Source: Megasphaera sp. (GTDB taxonomy: Bacteria; Bacillota; Negativicutes; Veillonellales; Megasphaeraceae). Taken from it: a stretch of DNA of 64,000 nucleotides. Position 1 is the stretch's first letter; each line of letters begins with the position of its first letter. The stretch lies in assembly GCA_022486585.1 (NCBI GenBank), contig JAKVKI010000004.1, positions 21,496 to 85,495 of the forward strand, in the 5' to 3' direction. The notes below the pieces were generated by a model. That model was not told where the DNA came from and searched no databases. It saw only the letters and a list, made by a program, of their open reading frames with translations. Positions 49,766 through 58,813 of the stretch are shown piece after piece. A program made the position numbers and the translations under genes.

Positions 49766-49794
49766 AACGCAGTCTCTTAGAGGCTGCGTTTTTT
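49766..49794 (+). terminator. Terminator after the GGGtGRT gene
   Basis: AACGCAGTCTC-TTA-GAGGCTGCGTT followed by a T run. Confidence 0.82.
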
Positions 49795-49855
49795 ATATAG
49801 GAACAATGGAAGCAGTCAGTCGCCCTGGCCAGATCGAGTGGAGGGGGACGTAAAA

Positions 49856-49884
49856 TTGACGATTTCAGTATATAATGGTATAAT
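49856..49884 (+). promoter_or_regulatory. Promoter of the NlpC/P60 gene
   Basis: TTGACG-17 bp-TATAAT with extended TG. Confidence 0.75.
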
Positions 49885-50044
49885 ATTAAAGAAATTTAAT
49901 CATATAGAAATGCATTGCAGCTATCCAGGGAGAAAGGGTATTTCCTTGCCGGATAGCTTGTTTTATGTGGAAGAAAATATAGTAGCAGGTATTAAGATGA
50001 GTTGTGAAGCATAGCTTAATCTGACAACGAGGAAGGAGTATTCG

Positions 50045-51013
50045 ATGAGAGGGTTAAAGAGAATTACAGGCATCGTATGCATGCTCATGATCACTTCTGT
50101 GTCCATTGCCGGGGCAACATTCCATCCTGGTGATAGGGGAACTCAGATTGCGACGATTCAGCAAGCGTTAGCTAATAACGGATATAGTATCACGATTGAT
50201 GGGGATTATGGTGCAGGAACACAAAGTGCCATCAAGGAATTTCAAGCCAGCCATGGTTTAGAAGCAGATGGTGTGGTCGGAGCAGCGACTTATGCAGCAC
50301 TTGTCGGATCGGATATGCCGGAAAATACGACGGCTCGTTTTACAGAAAAGGCAGTAGCTGGTTTTTCTGCAGCGCCGGCAATGACAGTGCCCGTTGTCAC
50401 AGCAGCCAATGAAATCAGGGTGATCCAGCAGTCTTTGGCTAATCAAGGCTATAATGTCGATGTAGATGGCGTCTTTGGTGTCGGGACAGAACAAGCTATA
50501 CAGCAATTCCAGGCCAGCCATGGTTTGGAAACAGACGGGGTTGTCGGACAGGCGACATTTTATGAATTGACAGGTCAGGTCCTGCCTACAGGACCGGTGC
50601 GCCGATTTGGTAATGGCGGTTACGGCGGTACTACGATTACGACCAATTCATCAGCTAGCCGGATTCTAAGTATTGCCAACCAATATGTTGGTGTTCCCTA
50701 TGTTTTTGGCGGTAATACACCATCGGGATTTGATTGCTCTGGTTTTACACGGTACGTTTACTCCGAAGTGGGTATTGATTTGCCCCGTATGGCTGATGAA
50801 CAATATGGTGTAGGATATGAAGTATCGATGGCCAATCTGCAGCCAGGTGACTTGGTATTCTTTACGACGTATCTCCCTGGCGTATCTCACGTAGGTATCT
50901 ATATGGGTAACCATCAGTTCATTAACGCATCCAATGAAGGTGTCAGCGTAGCTGATATGGACAGCAGCTATTGGCGTTCTCGTTTTGTAGGAGCGAAGCG
51001 CGTTGTAGGATAA
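50045..51013 (+). CDS. Secreted NlpC/P60 (C40) peptidase with two peptidoglycan-binding domains
   Basis: Signal peptide; two repeats IQQ.LAN.GY...DG.(Y/F)G.GT..AI..FQASHGLE.DGVVG.AT; GVPYVFGG..P.GFDCSG; SHVGIY. Confidence 0.93.
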   Translation: MRGLKRITGIVCMLMITSVSIAGATFHPGDRGTQIATIQQALANNGYSITIDGDYGAGTQSAIKEFQASHGLEADGVVGAATYAALVGSDMPENTTARFTEKAVAGFSAAPAMTVPVVTAANEIRVIQQSLANQGYNVDVDGVFGVGTEQAIQQFQASHGLETDGVVGQATFYELTGQVLPTGPVRRFGNGGYGGTTITTNSSASRILSIANQYVGVPYVFGGNTPSGFDCSGFTRYVYSEVGIDLPRMADEQYGVGYEVSMANLQPGDLVFFTTYLPGVSHVGIYMGNHQFINASNEGVSVADMDSSYWRSRFVGAKRVVG

Positions 51014-51041
51014 GTAGTGTTAAAATTATGATATATGCAGT

Positions 51042-51075
51042 AAAAGTCTTCCGGAATTTTTCGGGAGGCTTTTTT
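51042..51075 (+). terminator. Terminator after the NlpC/P60 gene
   Basis: AAAAGTCTTCCGGAA-TTT-TTCGGGAGGCTTTTTT. Confidence 0.8.
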
Positions 51076-51089
51076 AGAAGGGAGTCAGC

Positions 51090-52244
51090 ATGATGAGTAA
51101 GACCATAGATATCTTGATAAAGAATGCAACTATCATTGATCCGGTAACGAAAACGACTACAAAGGGCTCTATAGGGATCTGCAATGGGAGACTTGTAGAA
51201 TATCATGCAGATGAATCATATACAATACATGATGAATTAGATGCAGAAGGGTATTATGTGAGCCCAGGGTGGATTGATTCTCACACGCATATTTTTAAAG
51301 ATGGGACTGAACCGGGATTTGCGGCTGATTTGGGATTGATTCCGATGGGCGTCACGTCAGCGATTGATGGCGGTAGTGCTGGTGTGGCAACATGGCCGCT
51401 TTTTAAACGAGAAGTTGTTGATGCATGCTATTTAAATATTTTCTATTCGATCAATGTCTCACCAGCAGGTCAAATTACAGAACGATATCCAGAGAACGTA
51501 GATCCGCAGCACTATGATATTGATGCATTGAAAAATATTTTGACAACAGATTCACGTCATGCAAGAGGTCTGAAATTACGGTATGGAGCAGAAGTCGTTG
51601 AACCGTTTGGCAATAAAGTCTTAGATAAGACCATTGAGCTGGCAGGTATCTTGCGATGCCCTATTACGATACACGTCACGAATCCACCTTGTCCGATGGA
51701 AGATATTGTTTCAAAAATGAGGCCAGGCGATGTCGTTTGTCATATTTATCAGGGAAAAGGAAGTACTATCCTAGATCAACATGGTAATGTCAAAGAGACA
51801 GTGTTGCAAGCAAGAAAACGGGGTGTATATTTTGATTCAGCCGATGCGCGTATAAATCATTCGTATAAGGTCATGAAGCCGGCCATAGCGCAAGGATTTA
51901 CTCCAGATATTATTTCTACGGATCTAACTAAAAATGGTATATTTACGAATATGTGCTGGGGTTTGCCGGTAGTTCTTTCGAAATGGTTGAATTTGGGATT
52001 GCCGTTAGAAGAAGTTATTGCAGATTGTACTTGTCATCCAGCCAAGATACATCATTTGCCAGATGGAATCGGTACGATTCAACCGGGTGCCGCAGCTAAC
52101 CTTACGATTTTTAGCGTTGCCCATAGACCATTTCACTTGAAAAATAGAATGGGAGAAGAATTTGATGGAGAAAAAATGATACTTCCACAGGTTACGATTA
52201 TCAATGGGAAAATCAGGTATAAAAATTTAGCATTTCCATTTTAA
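51090..52244 (+). CDS. Amidohydrolase (dihydroorotase-like metallo-hydrolase, substrate unknown)
   Basis: PGWIDSHTH, DGGSAG, GLKLR, IHV, GDVVCH, ISTD. Confidence 0.85.
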   Translation: MMSKTIDILIKNATIIDPVTKTTTKGSIGICNGRLVEYHADESYTIHDELDAEGYYVSPGWIDSHTHIFKDGTEPGFAADLGLIPMGVTSAIDGGSAGVATWPLFKREVVDACYLNIFYSINVSPAGQITERYPENVDPQHYDIDALKNILTTDSRHARGLKLRYGAEVVEPFGNKVLDKTIELAGILRCPITIHVTNPPCPMEDIVSKMRPGDVVCHIYQGKGSTILDQHGNVKETVLQARKRGVYFDSADARINHSYKVMKPAIAQGFTPDIISTDLTKNGIFTNMCWGLPVVLSKWLNLGLPLEEVIADCTCHPAKIHHLPDGIGTIQPGAAANLTIFSVAHRPFHLKNRMGEEFDGEKMILPQVTIINGKIRYKNLAFPF

Positions 52245-52274
52245 ATACAATGGCAGATATATAGTTGCATACAT

Positions 52275-52324
52275 AAAGAGCCTGCAATGGCATGAGTGGG
52301 GAATCCATGCCATTGCAGGCTTTT
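52275..52324. terminator. Bidirectional terminator
   Basis: AAAGAGCCTGCAATGGCATG...CATGCCATTGCAGGCTTTT. Confidence 0.8.
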
Positions 52325-52351
52325 GAATATACAGGAAAATAAATTTATTTT

Positions 52352-53506
52352 TTAGTAAGCTGCATCGAGGCCGCCTTCTACTTTTTTGCTTTCTGCAGTA
52401 GTTTTGTGGTCCGGTGTAAGATGATACGGATTGGCGATGTTCTGTACGGGCTGTCGAAGTTTTGCACCGCGTTTTTCTAAAAAGGCGCGGAGAATCCAAG
52501 GTTTGTCAGAAATCATGCCGTCAACGCCCATGTCGTAAAGCATGGCCATGTCTTTTGGATCATTTACAGTCCAAGGGACTACTTTCATACCCAGTGCGTG
52601 AGCTTCATCGACTTGTTGTTTTGATAATTCCGGGTAATAAGGGGAAATAATGTCGGCACCAATAGCGTGAGCTGCTGCGACAGGATTACCTTTATAATCT
52701 TTTATATCCAAGCCGCCGAGCCATGGCGATTTTTCTTTTTCAAAGGCACGCAAGGATTCGGAGCTGCGTCCCCAAGACGGTTGTTCCTGCCATAACGCAG
52801 ATAAGGAAATATTGGGATTGAGCTGTTTCATCAGACGCAGTGTGTTCCAGTCAAAGGACTGTAAGACGACGCGATTTTCCATATCGTATTTTTTGACGAT
52901 GGTGTTGAAGGTTTCGACGAATTTTTTAGCATCGGCATTGTTTTTATAAGCAGCACCAGCAGCCGGATCAGGATAGGATTTTGTTTCGATGTTTAAATAG
53001 ACGTCTTTATCACCGTAATCACGGATGAGTTGCATGACTTCGTCTAATGTGGGGATTTTTGCATCATGGGTCACTTGGGTCGTACCATGCAGCTTATAAT
53101 ATTCAGTGTCAGGATTCATGACGCCGACATCGTATTGTTTTATTTCTGGGACGGTCATGGTGCGTATATCGTGTTTGTCGGCTTGGACATATTTCCCATT
53201 TTTATCGCGCGTAATATCTGGATTCAAAATGGGATTATGACTCATGACGATTTGCCCATCTTTGGTGAGTTGCATGTCACATTCGATGGATGTAGCACCG
53301 TGTTCCATCGCATAGGCATAGGAATAGAGCGTGTTTTCCGGACGCGCATCGCGACCGCCGCGATGCGGCTCGAAATCAAACGTGTTTGAGAAATCGGCCT
53401 TGGCTTCGATAGGCTGCGGTGCGATGAGCGCTTGCGCTCCCATGCATAGTACAGCCATCACACTGGCTGCTAATACACGTTTCTTCCAAGATTTGTTTAC
53501 GAACAT
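52352..53506 (-). CDS. Secreted glycerophosphodiester phosphodiesterase
   Basis: Signal peptide; HRGG...PENT, ECDMQLTKDG...SH, NIETK, QSFD, PWTVN, VDGMISD. Confidence 0.92.
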   Translation of the reverse strand: MFVNKSWKKRVLAASVMAVLCMGAQALIAPQPIEAKADFSNTFDFEPHRGGRDARPENTLYSYAYAMEHGATSIECDMQLTKDGQIVMSHNPILNPDITRDKNGKYVQADKHDIRTMTVPEIKQYDVGVMNPDTEYYKLHGTTQVTHDAKIPTLDEVMQLIRDYGDKDVYLNIETKSYPDPAAGAAYKNNADAKKFVETFNTIVKKYDMENRVVLQSFDWNTLRLMKQLNPNISLSALWQEQPSWGRSSESLRAFEKEKSPWLGGLDIKDYKGNPVAAAHAIGADIISPYYPELSKQQVDEAHALGMKVVPWTVNDPKDMAMLYDMGVDGMISDKPWILRAFLEKRGAKLRQPVQNIANPYHLTPDHKTTAESKKVEGGLDAAY

Positions 53507-53642
53507 AGATAAAACCTCCTAAGACTATATGTAATTTTATTATATGTATATTGTTATTGTAGCATGGCAAAAATCTCGGAGATAGCGGAATTAATCTGAC
53601 TTTGTTGTAAGAGCAATTCCTACAGAATTGATGTAATTGTTT

Positions 53643-55121
53643 TTATTTTGTTTTATAGCCGTCATAATTCTTTAGTTTTGTATTGGTTTGCAGTACTTTT
53701 TTGATAGATTGGCCCTGCTGTAACTGATCTAACGCTTTTTTTGCTTTTTCGGATAAGAAGACTTTTTCTGTTTTGCCTAGAAGGAGAGTTTGATTATCAG
53801 ACCACAGGGTGCCTTTGTTTTCGTTGCGTCCTTGCAGTAAGAACAATGTATTTCCAGTTCCATTGGCCTTGGCTAAATCGGTGTGATTCTGTTGCTGCCA
53901 AATGGCAATAGCGGCACACAGCGCAGCATCGTCTTTGCGTTGACGGTTCAATACGAGCACTTCTTTTGTGTTTTTGAATTCTGTACAGAAATTGAAGTCT
54001 CCTTGCGAGTCCATAGCACAGAAGGAAGGGCCGTTTCCATTGTATTGAGGAACAATGACTTTACTAATGGCTTGTGATTTGCCAGGACCTTGGGTTTGGG
54101 CGTGATAGTCATAATTGTAGGCATTGATATAAACACCGTTAGCGGTTTTATTTGTCATAGCAACGATTCCTTTAACACCAGGAACCTTAAAGTAATCAAC
54201 AGCAGCACGAACGACATCGACAGGGGAGGCGGAACAGATCCAGCTGTCAATGCCATTTCGCTGAAAGGTACCATATAGTTCTCGTATTTCCGGAGTAACT
54301 GTAATACCTAATTTATAGGATACGCGTACAGTACCGGCGAGATTGTCGGCAGATGCAGGGCTCTGATAAGTTCCTTTTGACCATGTTTGGCCTTTGAACG
54401 GATCTCCATAGTAGCTGTCACAATCATACGCCAACTGATACACTTGAGCTGGCGTCATACCAGTGAACCAGTAGGTGACCCAGGGGTAGGAAACAGAGGC
54501 ATCCATAGTTTCTCCGATAGCATCATAAAGCCAGCGCATTTTAGCAGTGAATTCCTTGAATTCAGCACTGTTTTTGGTATCTGCCGACAATTCGTGTCCA
54601 CGGACAGAGACAAGTCCTTTTTTGCAGAGTATACCATACGCGGCAGAAGCGTCAGCAATTGCGTCAGATATTCGTACAGGACGGCCGTTCCCGTCGTCAG
54701 CGCCATACGTCATGGCAAGTTTGTCCGCAGGGATCCCCGTTTGCAAGACCGTCGTTATGTTATCTGGCGTAATAGCAAAAGCTAAATGATTGAGCTGCCA
54801 AATCATGCACTGTTCTTCTACATCCATGATAGAGGTCGTATTATCGAAGTCAAATACAGCATAGGGATGGGCGTGTGGATTATACGAAGGTGACCGATTA
54901 CCGTACATATCAAGAAAATTATTGATACCGGTTTTGACTGCAGGTTCCCAATTCAGACTATGGACGTAGCGGCTGTCCATGTATTGAATTCCTATGGGCA
55001 CAGTGGTGTCAGGAGCAGCAGCCTGGACAGGAGAGGCACTATATAACTGGATAACAGTTAAGACACACATACTTCCCATGGCAATAGTATGACCGTGTTT
55101 TTTGATGTTTTTTATATTCAT
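53643..55121 (-). CDS. Secreted HAD-superfamily phosphatase (phosphorylcholine phosphatase-like)
   Basis: Signal peptide; motif I YAVFDFDNT, motif II ICSAS, GK, motif IV DSQGD. Confidence 0.78.
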   Translation of the reverse strand: MNIKNIKKHGHTIAMGSMCVLTVIQLYSASPVQAAAPDTTVPIGIQYMDSRYVHSLNWEPAVKTGINNFLDMYGNRSPSYNPHAHPYAVFDFDNTTSIMDVEEQCMIWQLNHLAFAITPDNITTVLQTGIPADKLAMTYGADDGNGRPVRISDAIADASAAYGILCKKGLVSVRGHELSADTKNSAEFKEFTAKMRWLYDAIGETMDASVSYPWVTYWFTGMTPAQVYQLAYDCDSYYGDPFKGQTWSKGTYQSPASADNLAGTVRVSYKLGITVTPEIRELYGTFQRNGIDSWICSASPVDVVRAAVDYFKVPGVKGIVAMTNKTANGVYINAYNYDYHAQTQGPGKSQAISKVIVPQYNGNGPSFCAMDSQGDFNFCTEFKNTKEVLVLNRQRKDDAALCAAIAIWQQQNHTDLAKANGTGNTLFLLQGRNENKGTLWSDNQTLLLGKTEKVFLSEKAKKALDQLQQGQSIKKVLQTNTKLKNYDGYKTK

Positions 55122-55290
55122 TTGCGTAAAACTCCCTTCTAAGATCGTATCTAGTTTCCAGTGTATGGTAAAAAAGAAAGCTCTACGTCAATCTTCGGTA
55201 AAACGATGGTAATAAATTTGCCTTGCAATAGTGCTGAGGGTGGCATGATTGAGAGATAATATGCTTATTTGTCAACTTTGGTAGTTGTTA

Positions 55291-55361
55291 TTGACATCCT
55301 TTGTGAGTAATGATATATTAAAATTAATTCAAGATATTTTATAACGTACAAAATATGTTAT
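55291..55361 (+). promoter_or_regulatory. Glycyl radical enzyme promoter with downstream imperfect inverted repeat
   Basis: TTGACA-17 bp-TATATT; ATAACGTA-CAAAA-TATGTTAT at 55341-55361. Confidence 0.6.
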
Positions 55362-55386
55362 TACTTAAAAATAAGGAGGAATTACT

Positions 55387-57750
55387 ATGCTTACAGCACG
55401 AATTCAACAGGCTAAGGATGAATATGTTAATAATAAACCTTCTATTTCGTATGATCGGGCACGAATTTGGACTGAATCGTATAAAAAGACAGCAGGTCAG
55501 TCGGAACCTATCCGTCGGGCACTGGCATTTAAGGATGTATGTGAACAGTTAGTAGTAACGATTTTCCCGGGTGAACTCATTGTTGGTGCTAGTGGTGAAT
55601 TCCGTAAATGTGGTATTCTGACACCAGAATTTTCTTGGACTTGGGTAGATAAAGAAATGGATCATTTCTCTGACCGGGTACAGGATCCGTATGAAATGAC
55701 GGATGAACAACGGGCGTATGTCCGTAAAAATATTTTCCCGTACTGGAAAGGGAAATCACTGGAAGAAGCTTATTTATCACAGATGCCGGCTGAAACGGCT
55801 AAAGTTGCTGTTGATACGGGTATCGTCGATATCGATTCGAAGTGGCGGCAATCTGTCGGTGAAATCACACCGGATTACGAAGATGGCTTGCTGAATAAGG
55901 GATTCCGTGGCATCATTGATGAATGTCAGGAAAAATTGACTCACTTAAAATTGTCTCGTCCTGGCGATTTGAAAAAAATGGATTTCTACAATTCGGTTAT
56001 CTTGTGTAGTGAAGGCATGATTGCGCTGGCTCATCGTTATGCGGACAAAGCGAAGGAAATGGCTGCTGCTGAAACGGATAGTGTCCGTAAAGCAGAATTA
56101 TTGCAAATTGCTGATATTTGCAGCCGCATTCCAGAATTTCCGCCGACGACGTTCCAAGAAGCATTACAGATGATTTGGTTCTATCAGCTTGGCGGCGTAT
56201 TGATGGAAAACCCCTTATCCCTTAATCCGGGCCGGTTTGATCAGTATATGTATCCGTATTACCAATACGATAAAGCGCATGGTCTTCATGATGATGATGG
56301 CATTCTTGAACTCATTGAATGCTATTGGTTGAAATTATCAGAATGGGTTTGGACTATTTCAGCTAATACGGCAGATTTCTTTGCCGGCTATAACCAGTTC
56401 CAGAATTTGACTGTCGGCGGCAGCGACCGCAACGGCAAAGATGCGACGAATGAATTGAGCTATTTGGCATTGAAAGCGACGTCAGAAGTAAAAACGCACC
56501 AACCTGGTTTGTCTGTTCGTATTTCCCAGAAGAGTCCGCGGAAATTCGTTGACACAGTAATGGAACTTGTAGCGCAAGGGACAGGCTTCCCGGCTATCCA
56601 TAGTGACAAGACAGGCTATCAAATGCTGAAAAATCTCGGCTACGATACAGAAGATGCCCGCGACTGGAACAACTGTGGCTGTGTAGTACCTCATTTCCGT
56701 AAGACCTTTGAATGGACCAGTACGGTTAATGTCAATTTCGATGGGGCGTTTGAATATGCGACGAATGGTGGCAAGAGCCGCCTGACTGGTGAACAGATGG
56801 GCCTGCCGATGGATCGGCATTTTGAATCGTATGAAGAAGTAGAAGCTGCTTTCTTCAAACAATTCGATAACTTGATCGATATTTCAGTTACTGGGTCTCT
56901 CGTAGCACAGCGTTTGCAGAAAGAAATGATTCCGCGCCCTTATTTCTCGGCTGTATTTGATCATTGTCTGGAAACAGGCAAAGACCTCGTCGATGGCGGC
57001 GCAAAATATAACATCGGGCCAGTCCTGACAGGTATTGGTTTGGCTGATACGGCAAACAGTCTGGCTGCTATTAAAAAATTGGTCTTTGAAGATAAGGTTT
57101 GCACCATGGATGAAATGATCGATGCGTTGGATAAAAACTGGGAAGGCTATGAAGAATTGCGCAAAAAAGCGCAAGCTGTAGCCAAATATGGTAATGATGA
57201 TGATTTTGTCGATGATATTGCACAGCGCATTGCCAACCATTACTATGAAGTTACGCACAGCTATACCGATATTTATGGCAGTCCGTTTACCAGTGCTTTC
57301 ATGGGAATCTCTAATTTTATCCCGACAGGCCGCGTCATCGGGGCTACTGCATCGGGCCGCAAAGCAACCGAACCGATTTCAGAAGGTGTATCGCCAGTAG
57401 CTGGTACAGACGTATCGACGCCGCTGGCAGCCATGAAGTCTTGTGCTAAGATGAATCAGGATATCCATTCTGGTGGTACATTATTGAACATGCGTCTGAG
57501 CCATAATCTGGTAGACACGAAACGAGGCCGCAGTAACTTGGCAGCTGTTATTCAGTCTTTCTTCGATATGGGAGCGTTCCACGTACAGTTCAATACACTG
57601 TCCACAGAAACGCTGTTAGATGCGCAGGCCCATCCGGAACAATACAAAGATTTGCTGGTTCGTGTAGCTGGTTACAGTACTCAGTTTGTGCATTTATCTA
57701 AGACACTTCAGGATTCTATTATCCGCCGGAGCGTTCATGATGGCTTCTAA
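55387..57750 (+). CDS. Glycyl radical enzyme (PFL2/dehydratase-like fold), substrate unknown
   Basis: C-terminal LLVRVAGYS radical motif, PGRFDQYMYPYY, KYGNDDD, Cys loop NNCGCVVP; SD AAGGAGG. Confidence 0.93.
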   Translation: MLTARIQQAKDEYVNNKPSISYDRARIWTESYKKTAGQSEPIRRALAFKDVCEQLVVTIFPGELIVGASGEFRKCGILTPEFSWTWVDKEMDHFSDRVQDPYEMTDEQRAYVRKNIFPYWKGKSLEEAYLSQMPAETAKVAVDTGIVDIDSKWRQSVGEITPDYEDGLLNKGFRGIIDECQEKLTHLKLSRPGDLKKMDFYNSVILCSEGMIALAHRYADKAKEMAAAETDSVRKAELLQIADICSRIPEFPPTTFQEALQMIWFYQLGGVLMENPLSLNPGRFDQYMYPYYQYDKAHGLHDDDGILELIECYWLKLSEWVWTISANTADFFAGYNQFQNLTVGGSDRNGKDATNELSYLALKATSEVKTHQPGLSVRISQKSPRKFVDTVMELVAQGTGFPAIHSDKTGYQMLKNLGYDTEDARDWNNCGCVVPHFRKTFEWTSTVNVNFDGAFEYATNGGKSRLTGEQMGLPMDRHFESYEEVEAAFFKQFDNLIDISVTGSLVAQRLQKEMIPRPYFSAVFDHCLETGKDLVDGGAKYNIGPVLTGIGLADTANSLAAIKKLVFEDKVCTMDEMIDALDKNWEGYEELRKKAQAVAKYGNDDDFVDDIAQRIANHYYEVTHSYTDIYGSPFTSAFMGISNFIPTGRVIGATASGRKATEPISEGVSPVAGTDVSTPLAAMKSCAKMNQDIHSGGTLLNMRLSHNLVDTKRGRSNLAAVIQSFFDMGAFHVQFNTLSTETLLDAQAHPEQYKDLLVRVAGYSTQFVHLSKTLQDSIIRRSVHDGF

Positions 57751-58642
57751 AGGCCGGATCCTGCAATTACAGAATTATTCTGTCAATGATGGGGAAGGCA
57801 TCCGGACGATTGTGTTTTTTGCCGGATGCCCCCTGCGTTGCCAGTGGTGTGCCAATCCCGAAGGATATACGCCACAGAATCACGTTCTGTTCATTGCATC
57901 ACGTTGTATCCAATGCGGTCGGTGTACGGAAGTCTGTCCGCAGGGAATTGGCTGGAATTTGAATGAATCAGAAGCACGGGCGAAATGTACTGGCTGCGGT
58001 CTCTGCGTCGATGCGTGTCTGGAACAAGCTCGCAAAAATGCAGTACAGACGATGACAGTAGCCGAAGTCGTACATAAGCTCGAATCACAGCTTCTCTTCT
58101 TTCGCAGTTCTGGCGGCGGCGTTACCTATTCTGGTGGTGAATGTACAACACAGCCGGAATTCTTAGCAGAACTGGTCGATGAAGTCTACGATATGGGATT
58201 GGATCAGGCGATGGAAACGAGCGGGTATTTTGAGTTGGAAACGTTGCAGCCTGTTCTCGATAAAATCGATTTGTTATTCATTGATATTAAGGTGATGGAT
58301 TCGGAAAAACATTGTCAGTTCACGGGCATTCCTAATGCTGTTATTTTAGATAACATTGCGCGTCTCGGAGCTACACGGAAGGGCATCATTATTCGTGTAC
58401 CGACGATCATGGGAGTCAATGGGGATGATGACAATATCCGGGCAACGGCGCGATTCGTCAAGGAACATCTGCAGGACCCTAAGATGGAATTGTTGCCGTA
58501 TCACAGCTATGGAGCTGATAAATACACACAGCTTGGTTTGGTCTATGATGAAACACTATTCCGTACGCCAACAAAAGAAGAAATGGTACATTTAAACGCT
58601 ATCATTGAAAGTGAAGGTGTTCAAGTCGTATCGTATGCATAA
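57740..58642 (+). CDS. Glycyl radical activating enzyme with ferredoxin insert
   Basis: DGEGIRTIVFFAGCPLRCQWCANPE; CIQCGRCTEVC and CTGCGLCVDAC; GVTYSGGE; LLPYH; overlaps the GRE stop (start 57737 or 57740). Confidence 0.93.
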   Translation: MASKGRILQLQNYSVNDGEGIRTIVFFAGCPLRCQWCANPEGYTPQNHVLFIASRCIQCGRCTEVCPQGIGWNLNESEARAKCTGCGLCVDACLEQARKNAVQTMTVAEVVHKLESQLLFFRSSGGGVTYSGGECTTQPEFLAELVDEVYDMGLDQAMETSGYFELETLQPVLDKIDLLFIDIKVMDSEKHCQFTGIPNAVILDNIARLGATRKGIIIRVPTIMGVNGDDDNIRATARFVKEHLQDPKMELLPYHSYGADKYTQLGLVYDETLFRTPTKEEMVHLNAIIESEGVQVVSYA

Positions 58643-58657
58643 CTAAATAGATGCTAT

Positions 58658-58714
58658 AAGATGAGCTTACGCGCTCGGCAGATACCTCCCTATCGACGCG
58701 ACAAGCTCATCTTT
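58658..58714 (+). terminator. Hairpin after the activase gene (probable terminator)
   Basis: AAGATGAGCTT...AAGCTCATCTTT with inner CGCG pairing. Confidence 0.55.
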
Positions 58715-58813
58715 GCGTTGATGATATGGAGAGAAACTTGTCTTTCCTATAAGATTAAGGTAAGATTAAAGGGGATACAAGGTAGTAAGAAGGTGTGTGT
58801 AGTGGGAAATTTG

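Noticed and set aside
49885-50044. c-di-AMP (ydaO) riboswitch before the NlpC/P60 gene
   Set aside because: Conserved GCTGAA, GGGGGA and CAGCTAA motifs are not present
55387-57750. Annotation as pyruvate formate-lyase or choline TMA-lyase CutC
   Set aside because: Lacks the PFL CC pair and the CutC GCVEP glutamate
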